From positions 30,829 through 94,828 of the forward strand of contig JAMLHN010000012.1 in NCBI GenBank assembly GCA_023957115.1: 64,000 nucleotides of DNA, in the 5' to 3' direction. Source of the DNA: Thermomicrobiales bacterium (lineage in GTDB: Bacteria > Chloroflexota > Chloroflexia > Thermomicrobiales > UBA6265). Positions 38,342 through 47,136 of this stretch are shown in pieces (the stretch's first letter is position 1; each line of letters begins with the position of its first letter). The position numbers and the translations under genes are program-made. The notes under the pieces are model-generated. The model was given only the letters and a program-made list of their open reading frames with translations, was not told the DNA's origin and made no database searches.

Positions 38342-39130
38342 ATGGCGGAATCGACATCTGGCGGCGTTCGCCGTCGCGCACTCGTCACCGGGGCCGGACT
38401 TGGCATTGGGCAGGGAGTCGCTATCGAGCTTGCGCGCGCCGGGTACGACGTGGCCGTCCACTATGCGCACAGCCGAGACGGGGCGGACCGGACCGTGGCC
38501 GAATGCGAGAAGCTGGGTGCTCGGGCAGTGGCCGTTGGTGGCAATCTCCGCGAGGTCGAGACCTGTTTCCGCGTCGTCGAGGAAGCTGTCGAGTTTCTCG
38601 GAGGTCTCGACGGTCTGGTCAACAACTCGGGGGTTACCCGCGCCGTCAACTTCTTCGATACCGACCAGGTGTTGTTCGACGAGCAATTCGAGATCAATAT
38701 CCGCGGCTACTTCTTCTGTGCGCAACGCGCGGCTCGGTTCATGGCCGAAGAAGGCGGCGGCGCAATTCTGAACATCTCATCCGTGCATGGAGGTGGGGGA
38801 GCGCCGAATCACGTTGCCTATGCCGCGACCAAAGGAGCGGTTGTTGCATTCACTCGTACGCTCGCCATCGAACTGGCCGACAAGCACATTCGGGTGAACT
38901 GCATCGCTCCTGGCCTCATCGAAGTGCCCCGGTACTTCGACATGCCGGGGTACACGAGGGATTTCGGAGGCCAGATGGTTCCCTGGGGTCGGGTCGGGCT
39001 GCCGGACGATCTCGGCAAGCCGGCCGTCTTCTTCCTTTCGGACAATGCCGATTTCATCACCGGGCAGACTATCTACGTCGACGGCGGCACCAACGCGCGT
39101 ATGGGGGTGAGCTGGAAGCAGGGCGATTAG
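38342..39130 (+). CDS. Short-chain dehydrogenase/reductase (SDR)
   Basis: ALVTGAGLGIGQG Rossmann motif, NNSG, YAATKGAV catalytic motif. Confidence 0.9.
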   Translation: MAESTSGGVRRRALVTGAGLGIGQGVAIELARAGYDVAVHYAHSRDGADRTVAECEKLGARAVAVGGNLREVETCFRVVEEAVEFLGGLDGLVNNSGVTRAVNFFDTDQVLFDEQFEINIRGYFFCAQRAARFMAEEGGGAILNISSVHGGGGAPNHVAYAATKGAVVAFTRTLAIELADKHIRVNCIAPGLIEVPRYFDMPGYTRDFGGQMVPWGRVGLPDDLGKPAVFFLSDNADFITGQTIYVDGGTNARMGVSWKQGD

Positions 39131-39211
39131 CGGCCGCTCACAGCGTGTCCGGGTCCCGGGACAAACGCGGACAATCGTCTCCGTGGACCCTGGACCCGGC
39201 TCAACCGCGTC

Positions 39212-39562
39212 CTATCGGGTAACGCTACTCCTGGCTTTACTCTCGGCACGCAACCAGGCCAGAAATGCCTTCATTTCCGCTCCCAGTCGCTCACCAGCGG
39301 CGTCGACCGTAACCAGGGTCGTTCCCGCTTTGCCGACGTTCTGCCGGACGGCAATCTCTGCCGTCGTTCTCGGCAAGATCCCTTCCGCGCCACCCATGAC
39401 AAGGAGGTGCCCGGGCCGGCCGGTTGTCGTGGCGCGATACCCGTGGTCGGCGAAGTACGCTCGGGCAAGCTCCATCACATCATTGTTGCTGAGCTTGACG
39501 ACCGCCTTCTTCTGAAAAGCGGTCCGCTTGAGCTCTGTGTTGATCTCTTCGATGGTCGGCAT
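39212..39562 (-). CDS. Hypothetical 116-aa protein, no family recognised
   Basis: The ATG is 3 nt downstream of the preceding gene's stop (coupled). Codon usage looks native. No motif recognised. Confidence 0.55.
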   Translation of the reverse strand: MPTIEEINTELKRTAFQKKAVVKLSNNDVMELARAYFADHGYRATTTGRPGHLLVMGGAEGILPRTTAEIAVRQNVGKAGTTLVTVDAAGERLGAEMKAFLAWLRAESKARSSVTR

Positions 39563-39565
39563 TGG

Positions 39566-40264
39566 CTAATTGTCCGTGAGCTCGATCGATTCCCCGGGAG
39601 CCAGTGGTTCGCAGCGCACTCCGGTCCGCTCTTCGACGTCCCGTTTGAAACGGGCGCTGTCCTGCTGGATTGGCGGGAAGGTGTTGTAGTGGCAGGGAAT
39701 GACGATCTTGGGATTCAGGAACTCGACGGCACGTTGCGCATCCGCCGGCCCCATTGTGAACGCGTCGCCGATCGGGATGATGCCGACGTCCAGACCTTCC
39801 TCACCGATCAGCTTCATATCGCTGAAGAGACATGTGTCTCCGGCGAAATAGATGGTCTTGCCACCGAACCGAACGACCAATCCCGCCGGCGGCGTGGCGG
39901 CATGAACCCCATGCTCATCCTCGTATGAAGACGTGTGCCAGGCCGGCGTGAACTTGACCGTTCCGCCATCGAACGCGATCGTGCCGCCCATATTCCCACC
40001 GGTTGCCTGCTCGACGCCTGCCCGCCCGATGTAATTTGCCAGCTCGAAGAGGGCAATCACGTGACTTCCTGCACGTTTCGCAATCGCAATCGTATCTCCC
40101 ACGTGATCGTTGTGGGCATGTGTCAGCAAGATCGCGTTCGGGGAGAACTCGCCGGCGGAGACGGTCGCGGTCGGGTTACCGGTGATGAACGGATCGACCA
40201 ACACTGAATTCGAGCCGTCCGAAAGATGGAACGCCGAATGTCCAATGTACGTCAAGGTCAGCAT
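39566..40264 (-). CDS. UPF0173-type metal-dependent hydrolase (MBL fold)
   Basis: MLTLTYIGHSAFHL..., LLTHAHNDHVGD motif; about 232 aa, as is typical. Confidence 0.85.
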   Translation of the reverse strand: MLTLTYIGHSAFHLSDGSNSVLVDPFITGNPTATVSAGEFSPNAILLTHAHNDHVGDTIAIAKRAGSHVIALFELANYIGRAGVEQATGGNMGGTIAFDGGTVKFTPAWHTSSYEDEHGVHAATPPAGLVVRFGGKTIYFAGDTCLFSDMKLIGEEGLDVGIIPIGDAFTMGPADAQRAVEFLNPKIVIPCHYNTFPPIQQDSARFKRDVEERTGVRCEPLAPGESIELTDN

Positions 40265-40287
40265 CGAGGAAAGGCCTTTCTTCACCC

Positions 40288-41883
40288 TTAGGAGGAACAG
40301 ACGATCGTGCCGTCAATAATGGTGTGATCGACCCGTACTTGGCCAATCTCACCGGCGGCCACGGTGTCCAGGTCGGTGTCGAAAACGGTCACGTCCCCGA
40401 GCTTACCCGGTTCGAGTGTTCCCTTGATCCCTTCCTCGAACGATGCCCAGGCTCCATTGACGGTGTATGCCCGCAATGCCTCGTCCAGGCCGATTGCTTC
40501 TTCTGGCCAGGTTGGATGCCCGTCCTGGTCGGTGCGCGTCATCATCGTTTGAATCCCGGTCATGGGATTGGGTGGGACGACGGGCGCATCGGTACTGGCC
40601 GCGGCGACAACCCCATGGTCTGCGAACGTTCGCATTCCGTAGGTGTGGCGGATCCGCTCCATCCCGAGATTCTGGAGATAGGCATCCCGAAAATAGTAAA
40701 GGAACGACGTTCCAGGTATCGGCACCACACCGAGCCGAGCGATGCGGTCGATGATCTCTACATCGACGATCGAGCAATGTTCGATCCGGTGCCGTGGATC
40801 GGGACGCGGATCGGCGGTTTGCGCCTCCTCATAAGCATCCAGAATCAGATCGATGGCCGCATCTCCGATGGCATGGATGCCGACCTGGAATCCGGCTGAG
40901 TGCGCTTTCCGCACCAGCCGCTTCATCTCATTCGGCTCCTGCATCCAGAGCCCGACATTGTCCGCTTGTCTGGCATATGGCGTCCGCATACGGGCTGTCC
41001 GGCCACCGATGCTTCCATCGCTGAAAAGCTTCGCTGGCCCGATCCGGAGCCACGGGTCGCCGAATCCGGTCTGAATCCCGAGTTCGATCATCTCGTCGAG
41101 TGTCTCCGCGATGATCATCATGAGATAGGTGCGGATCGGGAGCGATCCCGCTCGCCAAAGCGACTGATAGGCGCGGAGCTCTTCAGGCCGATCGATACCC
41201 GCTTCGACCGTGCTCGTAACGCCGGCCGTCTGAAACGCCCGCAATCCCCGTTCGATGTAGCGCTCAAGATCGGATCCGGTAGGCTCGGCAATCGCCTCTT
41301 GCACCAATCCCAATGCTGTTTCGCGCACGACACCGGTGGGCATGCCGGCCTCATCGCGATCGATCTGACCCCCATCCGGATCCCCCGTCGATTCGTCGAT
41401 CCCGGCAAGCGCCAGCGCCGCGCTATTGGCGACGCCGATGTGATGACATGCCCGGAAGAGCAAGACAGGATGATGGGGGGAAACGGCGTCCAGGTCTGCC
41501 CGGGTCGGATGACGTTGATCCCGCAATCGCGCCTGATCGTACCCTCTCCCGATGATCCAACGTCCGTTCGGGCGACGCTCGGCTGCCCCGGCCACCATCG
41601 AGACGATTTGAGCGATCGATTCGACCGGCGGGGATGCGATCGGCAAGTCGTCCAACGACATCCCGAGCATCATTGGATGGGCGTGCGCATCGTTGAGACC
41701 CGGGGTCGCTGTCCGGCCGCCAAGATCGAGCACGTCCGAATTGCGATCAGCGACAGCCCGGGCGTCGTCGTTGCTTCCGACCGCAATGATGATGCCGTTC
41801 TGCATGGCGACCGCCTCGGCGGTCGGTTGCGCGGGATTCATTGTCTTGAAGCGCCCGTTCACGAGCAAGAGATTGTTCGACAT
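40288..41883 (-). CDS. Amidohydrolase-3 family (YtcJ-like TIM-barrel metal hydrolase)
   Basis: MSNNLLLVNGRF...; GLNDAHAHP metal motif, HAIGDAA, and ASTDAPV near the C-terminus. Confidence 0.85.
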   Translation of the reverse strand: MSNNLLLVNGRFKTMNPAQPTAEAVAMQNGIIIAVGSNDDARAVADRNSDVLDLGGRTATPGLNDAHAHPMMLGMSLDDLPIASPPVESIAQIVSMVAGAAERRPNGRWIIGRGYDQARLRDQRHPTRADLDAVSPHHPVLLFRACHHIGVANSAALALAGIDESTGDPDGGQIDRDEAGMPTGVVRETALGLVQEAIAEPTGSDLERYIERGLRAFQTAGVTSTVEAGIDRPEELRAYQSLWRAGSLPIRTYLMMIIAETLDEMIELGIQTGFGDPWLRIGPAKLFSDGSIGGRTARMRTPYARQADNVGLWMQEPNEMKRLVRKAHSAGFQVGIHAIGDAAIDLILDAYEEAQTADPRPDPRHRIEHCSIVDVEIIDRIARLGVVPIPGTSFLYYFRDAYLQNLGMERIRHTYGMRTFADHGVVAAASTDAPVVPPNPMTGIQTMMTRTDQDGHPTWPEEAIGLDEALRAYTVNGAWASFEEGIKGTLEPGKLGDVTVFDTDLDTVAAGEIGQVRVDHTIIDGTIVCSS

Positions 41884-41905
41884 CGTGTCGGCTCCCGGAT
41901 GTTGG

Positions 41906-43102
41906 TCAGGCGGCATTCGCCGCGACGATCAGGGCGATCTCGTCGACCACGCCGTCGACTTCGTCCTCGGTCAGCCACCACCCGCAGGAGATGCGCGCAA
42001 CCAGCGGCGATGGCTTCTGTTCGACATAACGGATCGTATAGCCGCGCTCGGCTAGGGTCGCGGTCAACTCCTGCGGGGTCATCCCATCGATCTGGAAGCA
42101 GATCAGCCCCGCCTTCTGCCCACGTGGCGTGACGAGGTGAATCCCCGGGATGGTTGCCAGTCCGTCGTAGCATCGTTCGCCAAGCTGCCGGATTCGATCG
42201 TATGCCCAGTCGAGACCGACCTCATCGACGATCCATTGGAGCCCTGCCCGGAACCCGGCGCCGGTGAGGGGATTGACCTCGGCCGTTTCGTAACGGGACG
42301 CCCCGGGCGATGGCACGACGAACCCATTGACATCGAACGAGCCGCCGCGCAGGTAGGTCGGCAACACGTCGCCCATGCTTTCGCGGCGCACATAGACCGC
42401 GCCGGTGCCGACTGGACCGCAGAGCCATTTTTGGCCCGGAATTGCATAGATATCGACTCCGAATGCATGCATGTCCATGGGGACGTGGCCGCCGGATTGG
42501 GCGCCATCGATGATCGTCAGAATGCCTCGCTCGCGGCAGGCGCCGGCGAGATCGGTCATATCGAGCACCGCTCCGGTCGACCACTGCACATGTGAGGTCA
42601 CCACCGCCCTCGTGCGGGAGGTGCACGCGGCCATCAACCGGGCCGTCACGTCGCCGTCACCATTGCCGATATCGACCGTGCGTACCGTAATGCCGTGGCG
42701 ATGCGCCGCAAGTCCGATCAGGTTGAACAGGCAGACATGCTCGAGCTGGGTCGTGACCAGCTCGTCACCGGGACGCCAGTTGATCCCCATGACGCCGATA
42801 TTCATACCTTCGATTGCATTGCGGGTCAGCGCAACTTCATCCGCATCGCATCCCATGATGCTGGCAAGCATCGTGCGGATTTCGGCTGCCTCCTGCATGA
42901 CCGATGGATAGAAGTCGGATCCAATGCGGCCCAGCTCGAAGTCCGAAGTCAGCTTCGCAACGGTTGCATCGAGCAGCGCGCGCGAGTGCGGCCCGTTCGT
43001 CCCTGAATTCAGATAGACCGTTTCGCTCGTGGCGGGCAATGCCACGCGCAATGCGGCCAGCTTTGCTGCCTTTGCGGATTCCGATGTGTCGTTCGCCATC
43101 AT
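41906..43102 (-). CDS. Class-V aminotransferase / cysteine-desulfurase-like PLP enzyme
   Basis: ATG after GAAGGGG. VYLNSGTNGP, SHVQWSTG, IDGAQSGGH, PLP-lysine context PGQKWLCGP. Confidence 0.85.
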   Translation of the reverse strand: MMANDTSESAKAAKLAALRVALPATSETVYLNSGTNGPHSRALLDATVAKLTSDFELGRIGSDFYPSVMQEAAEIRTMLASIMGCDADEVALTRNAIEGMNIGVMGINWRPGDELVTTQLEHVCLFNLIGLAAHRHGITVRTVDIGNGDGDVTARLMAACTSRTRAVVTSHVQWSTGAVLDMTDLAGACRERGILTIIDGAQSGGHVPMDMHAFGVDIYAIPGQKWLCGPVGTGAVYVRRESMGDVLPTYLRGGSFDVNGFVVPSPGASRYETAEVNPLTGAGFRAGLQWIVDEVGLDWAYDRIRQLGERCYDGLATIPGIHLVTPRGQKAGLICFQIDGMTPQELTATLAERGYTIRYVEQKPSPLVARISCGWWLTEDEVDGVVDEIALIVAANAA

Positions 43103-43226
43103 GGCCCCTTCGTCGATCGATATTGCCAAACTCGGGCGTCACCAATCAGTCTATTGCAGGGCGACGAGCGGCAAATACGACTATCCTCGATCGGGGAGAA
43201 CGAACGTCAAAGGAGAACGAGCAATC

Positions 43227-44204
43227 ATGGCCGGGCGAGCAACACAGGAACGGACGCTGGGGGCGATTCTAGGACTCGGAATCGGCGACGCGCTTGGCAT
43301 GCCCGTGGCGGGACTCGATCCGGCAACGATCCGGCAACGGTTCGGTCGAATCGAGGAGTATCACGGCCTTGACTTCGAAGAGGGAGTCTCGCTTGCGCCC
43401 GGTGAATTCACGGATGAAACCGAGATTGCCCTTTGCATCATGGAGACCTATACCTCTGCCAATGGTGTACTCGACCCCGAGCTCATCCGTGCCCGGATGC
43501 AGTTCCTCTCCCGGGGCGAATCTCGTCGCTGGATGAGCCCGGAGACGCGTCGATCGCTCGAAGACGAGTCCGAGCCGCCCTACCGCTCCGATGCTATCGA
43601 CGATCCAGAGGTCGCGCTGCGGGGCATTGCCATTGGGCTCATCCATGCCGCCCCGGAATACGATCGCGTGCGTCTCCAGGACGATGTCGCACAGGTCGTT
43701 GGCCTCACGCATGGTCGCCGCGAGGTGGTCGAGCTGGCGACGGTCGTGGCCGAGGCGATGGTACGCACCCTGGCCGATACTGGAGACCGGCAGGTTCTTC
43801 TGGGAGAGCTGGGCAGATCGACCGACTATCGCGTGCTTCGCGAAGCGCTTGGCTCGACACAACGCTTGATCGACAGCAGCGCAACGATCGAGGATCTGAT
43901 TGCTCGGGTCCACACGGACAACCGCGCAGTCGATGCTGTGGTCACTGGTATCGCTGCGTTCGTGACCGCGGTGCGCTTCGAGGACGCAGTCTTTGCGGCA
44001 GCGACGGGAGGAGGAGAGACCGACAGCCGGGCGGCGCTGTCCGGGGCGCTTTCCGGAGCTCATTTTGGCGCCGGGGGCATACCGCAACTGTTGATCGATC
44101 GGCTCGAGGGCCGGATCTATCTCACATTGGCAGCGCCCTGGTTTTATCGCACCATTCAGCTCATGACCGGCCGTGGAATCTCCATGGGGCGCGATGACGG
44201 TTAG
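43227..44204 (+). CDS. ADP-ribosylglycohydrolase-family protein
   Basis: AGGAGAA RBS. GAILGLGIGDALGMP N-terminal motif and C-terminal GGETDSRAALSGALSGA. Confidence 0.82.
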   Translation: MAGRATQERTLGAILGLGIGDALGMPVAGLDPATIRQRFGRIEEYHGLDFEEGVSLAPGEFTDETEIALCIMETYTSANGVLDPELIRARMQFLSRGESRRWMSPETRRSLEDESEPPYRSDAIDDPEVALRGIAIGLIHAAPEYDRVRLQDDVAQVVGLTHGRREVVELATVVAEAMVRTLADTGDRQVLLGELGRSTDYRVLREALGSTQRLIDSSATIEDLIARVHTDNRAVDAVVTGIAAFVTAVRFEDAVFAAATGGGETDSRAALSGALSGAHFGAGGIPQLLIDRLEGRIYLTLAAPWFYRTIQLMTGRGISMGRDDG

Positions 44205-44227
44205 CACTCGTATTAGGTGAGTGCTAA
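44201..44227 (+). promoter_or_regulatory. CIRCE element (HrcA operator), perfect consensus
   Basis: TTAGCACTC-gtattaggt-GAGTGCTAA exactly matches TTAGCACTC-N9-GAGTGCTAA. It overlaps the TAG stop (44202-44204) of the upstream gene and lies about 130 nt upstream of dnaJ. Confidence 0.9.
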
Positions 44228-44232
44228 AATCC

Positions 44233-44261
44233 TTGGCTGAGAGGGGCCTGAGCCCTATACT
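44233..44261 (+). promoter_or_regulatory. Sigma-70-like promoter candidate for dnaJ
   Basis: TTGGCT (44233-44238), 17-nt spacer, TATACT (44256-44261), immediately downstream of CIRCE. Confidence 0.4.
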
Positions 44262-44359
44262 TCCGGCATATCTGGGATGTCGCCCGCGCTCGTCCGTTCG
44301 TTTTCGCGGTGTGCGCTCCCTCCGTTCGATTTCGACAAAGTACGAAACCACACCCATCC

Positions 44360-45481
44360 ATGGCTGAAAAACGCGACTATTACGAGGTCCTTGGCGTATC
44401 TCGCACCGCTTCCGATGACGACCTGCGCAAGGCGTATCGGCGCTTGGCGCGCAGATATCATCCCGACGTCAACCGCGAGGACGGCGCCGAAGAGAAATTC
44501 AAAGAGGTCAACGAAGCGTACGAGTGCCTGTCGGACCCGAACCGGCGCGCCGCCTATGACCGGTACGGTCATGCGGCCGCCAACGGCGGTCCGGGCGCCA
44601 ATCCGTTCGACTTCGGATCGTCCTTCTCGGACATCTTCGAAACTTTTTTCGGCGGGGCGGCGCAGGGACGCCGCCGCCCAACCAGCAACCGGGGGCAGGA
44701 TCTTCAGGTAACGGTCGAGATCGACTTCGAGGAAGCCGTCTTTGGCGCCGAGAAGGAAGTCGAAGTGACCCGTTTGGAGACATGCGAAGGTTGCAACGGC
44801 ACGCGTATGCGGGATGGCAAGCAGCCGCCAAGATGCGAGACCTGTGGCGGGACCGGTGAAGTCCGCCGCGTCCAGCAAACCATTCTCGGGCAATTCATGA
44901 GCTCCGCGCCATGCGCATCCTGTAACGGGGAAGGGGTACAGATTACCGATCCGTGTCCACGGTGCCGCGGCAAGGGACGCGTGACCTTTGCGCGCCGCAT
45001 CTCGGTCACCATTCCTCCCGGAATCGACGAAACGGCCACACTTCGGCTCTCAGGACAGGGCGAAGCCGGTCCCGCCGGTGGACAAGCCGGCAACCTTTTC
45101 GTCAAGGTTCGTATCCGGCCGCATCAGTATTTCACCCGCCATGGAAAAACCATCCAGTTGCAGGTCGGCGTCAACGTGGCGCAGGCAATCCTGGGCGATG
45201 AGATCGAGCTGGAGACCGTCGATGGGGCGGTTGCGTTCAAGCTCCCGCAGGCAACCCAATCGGGTCAGCAGTTCCGGCTTCGTGGCAAGGGCGTCCCTGA
45301 TATGCACGGCGGCGACCGTGGGGACCAGATCGTGACCATTCACGTGATCATTCCCAAGGAGTTGACGACCGAGCAGCGGGAGCTGGTCGAAAAGCTGGGA
45401 CAAACCCTGGGGCGCGATCTCGCTCCACAGCCGACGCACAAGGGATTCTTCGACAAAGTGAAGGACGCGCTGGGCGTTTGA
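44360..45481 (+). CDS. dnaJ: Molecular chaperone DnaJ
   Basis: MAEKRDYYEVLGV J-domain with HPD, G/F region, and four CxxCxGxG zinc-finger repeats. Confidence 0.95.
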   Translation: MAEKRDYYEVLGVSRTASDDDLRKAYRRLARRYHPDVNREDGAEEKFKEVNEAYECLSDPNRRAAYDRYGHAAANGGPGANPFDFGSSFSDIFETFFGGAAQGRRRPTSNRGQDLQVTVEIDFEEAVFGAEKEVEVTRLETCEGCNGTRMRDGKQPPRCETCGGTGEVRRVQQTILGQFMSSAPCASCNGEGVQITDPCPRCRGKGRVTFARRISVTIPPGIDETATLRLSGQGEAGPAGGQAGNLFVKVRIRPHQYFTRHGKTIQLQVGVNVAQAILGDEIELETVDGAVAFKLPQATQSGQQFRLRGKGVPDMHGGDRGDQIVTIHVIIPKELTTEQRELVEKLGQTLGRDLAPQPTHKGFFDKVKDALGV

Positions 45482-45599
45482 CGCAACAGAAACCGCGGCG
45501 AGTGGCGCCGGATGCCGGCCAGGGGCAGTCCAGTGCTATCATTTCGGTCGCGATTTCGACTGTTCGGCTGAGCAAGTCTGCAGCGGCGCGTGCACCTAT

Positions 45600-45673
45600 T
45601 CGCGGGTGGTGAAAAGGTATCACATGGGTTTTTGGCACCTATATTCCAGGTTCGAATCCTGGCCCGCGAGCCA
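45600..45673 (+). tRNA. tRNA-Gln (anticodon TTG), CCA encoded
   Basis: TCGCGGGTGGTGAAAAGGTATCACATGGGTTTTTGGCACCTATATTCCAGGTTCGAATCCTGGCCCGCGAGCCA: U1-A72 acceptor, anticodon loop TTTTGGC, T arm CCAGG-TTCGAAT-CCTGG. Confidence 0.85.
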
Positions 45674-45715
45674 TCCGAGCGCTGTGCGATACGCCCTGCC
45701 GAGCGTCCCGGCACG

Positions 45716-47122
45716 ATGACCTTTCCGGCGATCCCAGCGACGCTCTCCATCGTTGTGCTCGCCGCGGGCGCGGGTTCGCGCATGAAGTCGTCCCTCCCCA
45801 AGCCTTTGCATGCCGCGGCGGGGAAGCCGATGCTGGCGCACGTGCTTTCGGCCGCTCGCTCCCTTGCTCCGGCTGACATTACCGTTGTGGGAAGTCCTGG
45901 AATTGCATCCCATCTGGCGACTGCGGATTGGATGGATGGCGTCACGCTGGCCATTCAGGATCCGCCGCTCGGAACCGCCGACGCCGTTCGCACAGGACTC
46001 GGCGCACATCAGTCGGGGGAGATCGTCCTCGTTCTCTACGCAGACCATCCGCTTGTCACCGGCGAGATTCTTGCTGGCTTGCTCTCAGAAATCGATTGGA
46101 CGACCCACCGGCTGGCCGTGCTGACCTGCAACGTCGACGATGCGGCCGGCTATGGGCGTATCGATCGAGACGATGAGCGTCGTGTCCGTGCCATCGTCGA
46201 GAAAGTCGCCGACGAACCGTCCATGCGACGCGGCGTGACGGAAATCAACAGCGGAGTCATGGTCCTCAACCGTCGCTGGGCGGTCGATGCGCTGGCGCGG
46301 TTGGCGCCCAATTCCCAGAAGGGCGAGTATTTCCTTACCGACCTCGTGGCGTTGGCGTACGATGAGAACCCCAACTCCGTCGCCGGTATCGCCGGCCCCC
46401 GGGATGTATTGATTGGCGTCAACGATCGAATCGAGCTCGCAGTCGCGGATGCGCATTTGCGGCAGCGAAAGCGGCTCCAGCTCCAACGGGATGGGGTCAC
46501 GCTGATCGATCCCACCTCCAACCTCATCGACCTCGATGTTCAGATCGGTCCCGACACGACGGTCGGACCCGGTTGCGTTCTGGAGGGGGCGACCCGAATT
46601 GGGGAGGGCTGCCGTATCGGACCGTATGCGGTCGTCCGATCCAGCACGGTTGCGGACGAAGTCCGTATCGAATCGTCGACGATCGAGGATTCGACCATCG
46701 ATTCGAATTCTGACGTTGGCCCCTATTCCCACCTGCGCGGTCACACGAACATCGGCAAGGGCGTTCACATCGGCAACTTCGCCGAGCTCAAGAACGCAAC
46801 CCTCGGTGACGCCGTCCGGGTCGGCCATTTCAGCTATCTGGGCGATGCCTCGGTTGGCGCCGAGGTCAATATCGGCGCCGGCAGCATCACCTGCAACTAT
46901 GATGGCGCCGGAAAGCACCGTCCGAGATCGGCGCCGGGGCGTTCATTGGGTGACACCATGTTGATCGCTCCGATCTCGGTCGGCGCTGGCGCCCGAACGG
47001 GGGCAGGCGCTGTCGTGACCAGGAACGTAGCCGATGGCGCCACCGTGGTGGGAATGCCCGCGCGCCAGATTCGTCGCAAACGCGAAGACGACTCCGATGC
47101 AGCAGATGGAGGGGAGCAATAA
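45716..47122 (+). CDS. glmU: Bifunctional GlcNAc-1-P uridyltransferase / GlcN-1-P acetyltransferase
   Basis: LAAGAGSRMKSSLPKPLH nucleotidyltransferase motif plus C-terminal hexapeptide repeats. The ORF-track start at 45590 runs through the tRNA and is rejected. Confidence 0.93.
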   Translation: MTFPAIPATLSIVVLAAGAGSRMKSSLPKPLHAAAGKPMLAHVLSAARSLAPADITVVGSPGIASHLATADWMDGVTLAIQDPPLGTADAVRTGLGAHQSGEIVLVLYADHPLVTGEILAGLLSEIDWTTHRLAVLTCNVDDAAGYGRIDRDDERRVRAIVEKVADEPSMRRGVTEINSGVMVLNRRWAVDALARLAPNSQKGEYFLTDLVALAYDENPNSVAGIAGPRDVLIGVNDRIELAVADAHLRQRKRLQLQRDGVTLIDPTSNLIDLDVQIGPDTTVGPGCVLEGATRIGEGCRIGPYAVVRSSTVADEVRIESSTIEDSTIDSNSDVGPYSHLRGHTNIGKGVHIGNFAELKNATLGDAVRVGHFSYLGDASVGAEVNIGAGSITCNYDGAGKHRPRSAPGRSLGDTMLIAPISVGAGARTGAGAVVTRNVADGATVVGMPARQIRRKREDDSDAADGGEQ

Positions 47123-47136
47123 CGATGGAAGGCCGT

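Noticed and set aside
40900-42132. 410-aa plus-strand ORF
   Set aside because: It is antisense to the amidohydrolase-3 and aminotransferase genes, and its translation is Arg/Pro-rich.
45590-45715. Upstream extension of glmU
   Set aside because: It would translate through the tRNA-Gln gene. The canonical GlmU N-terminus begins at 45716.
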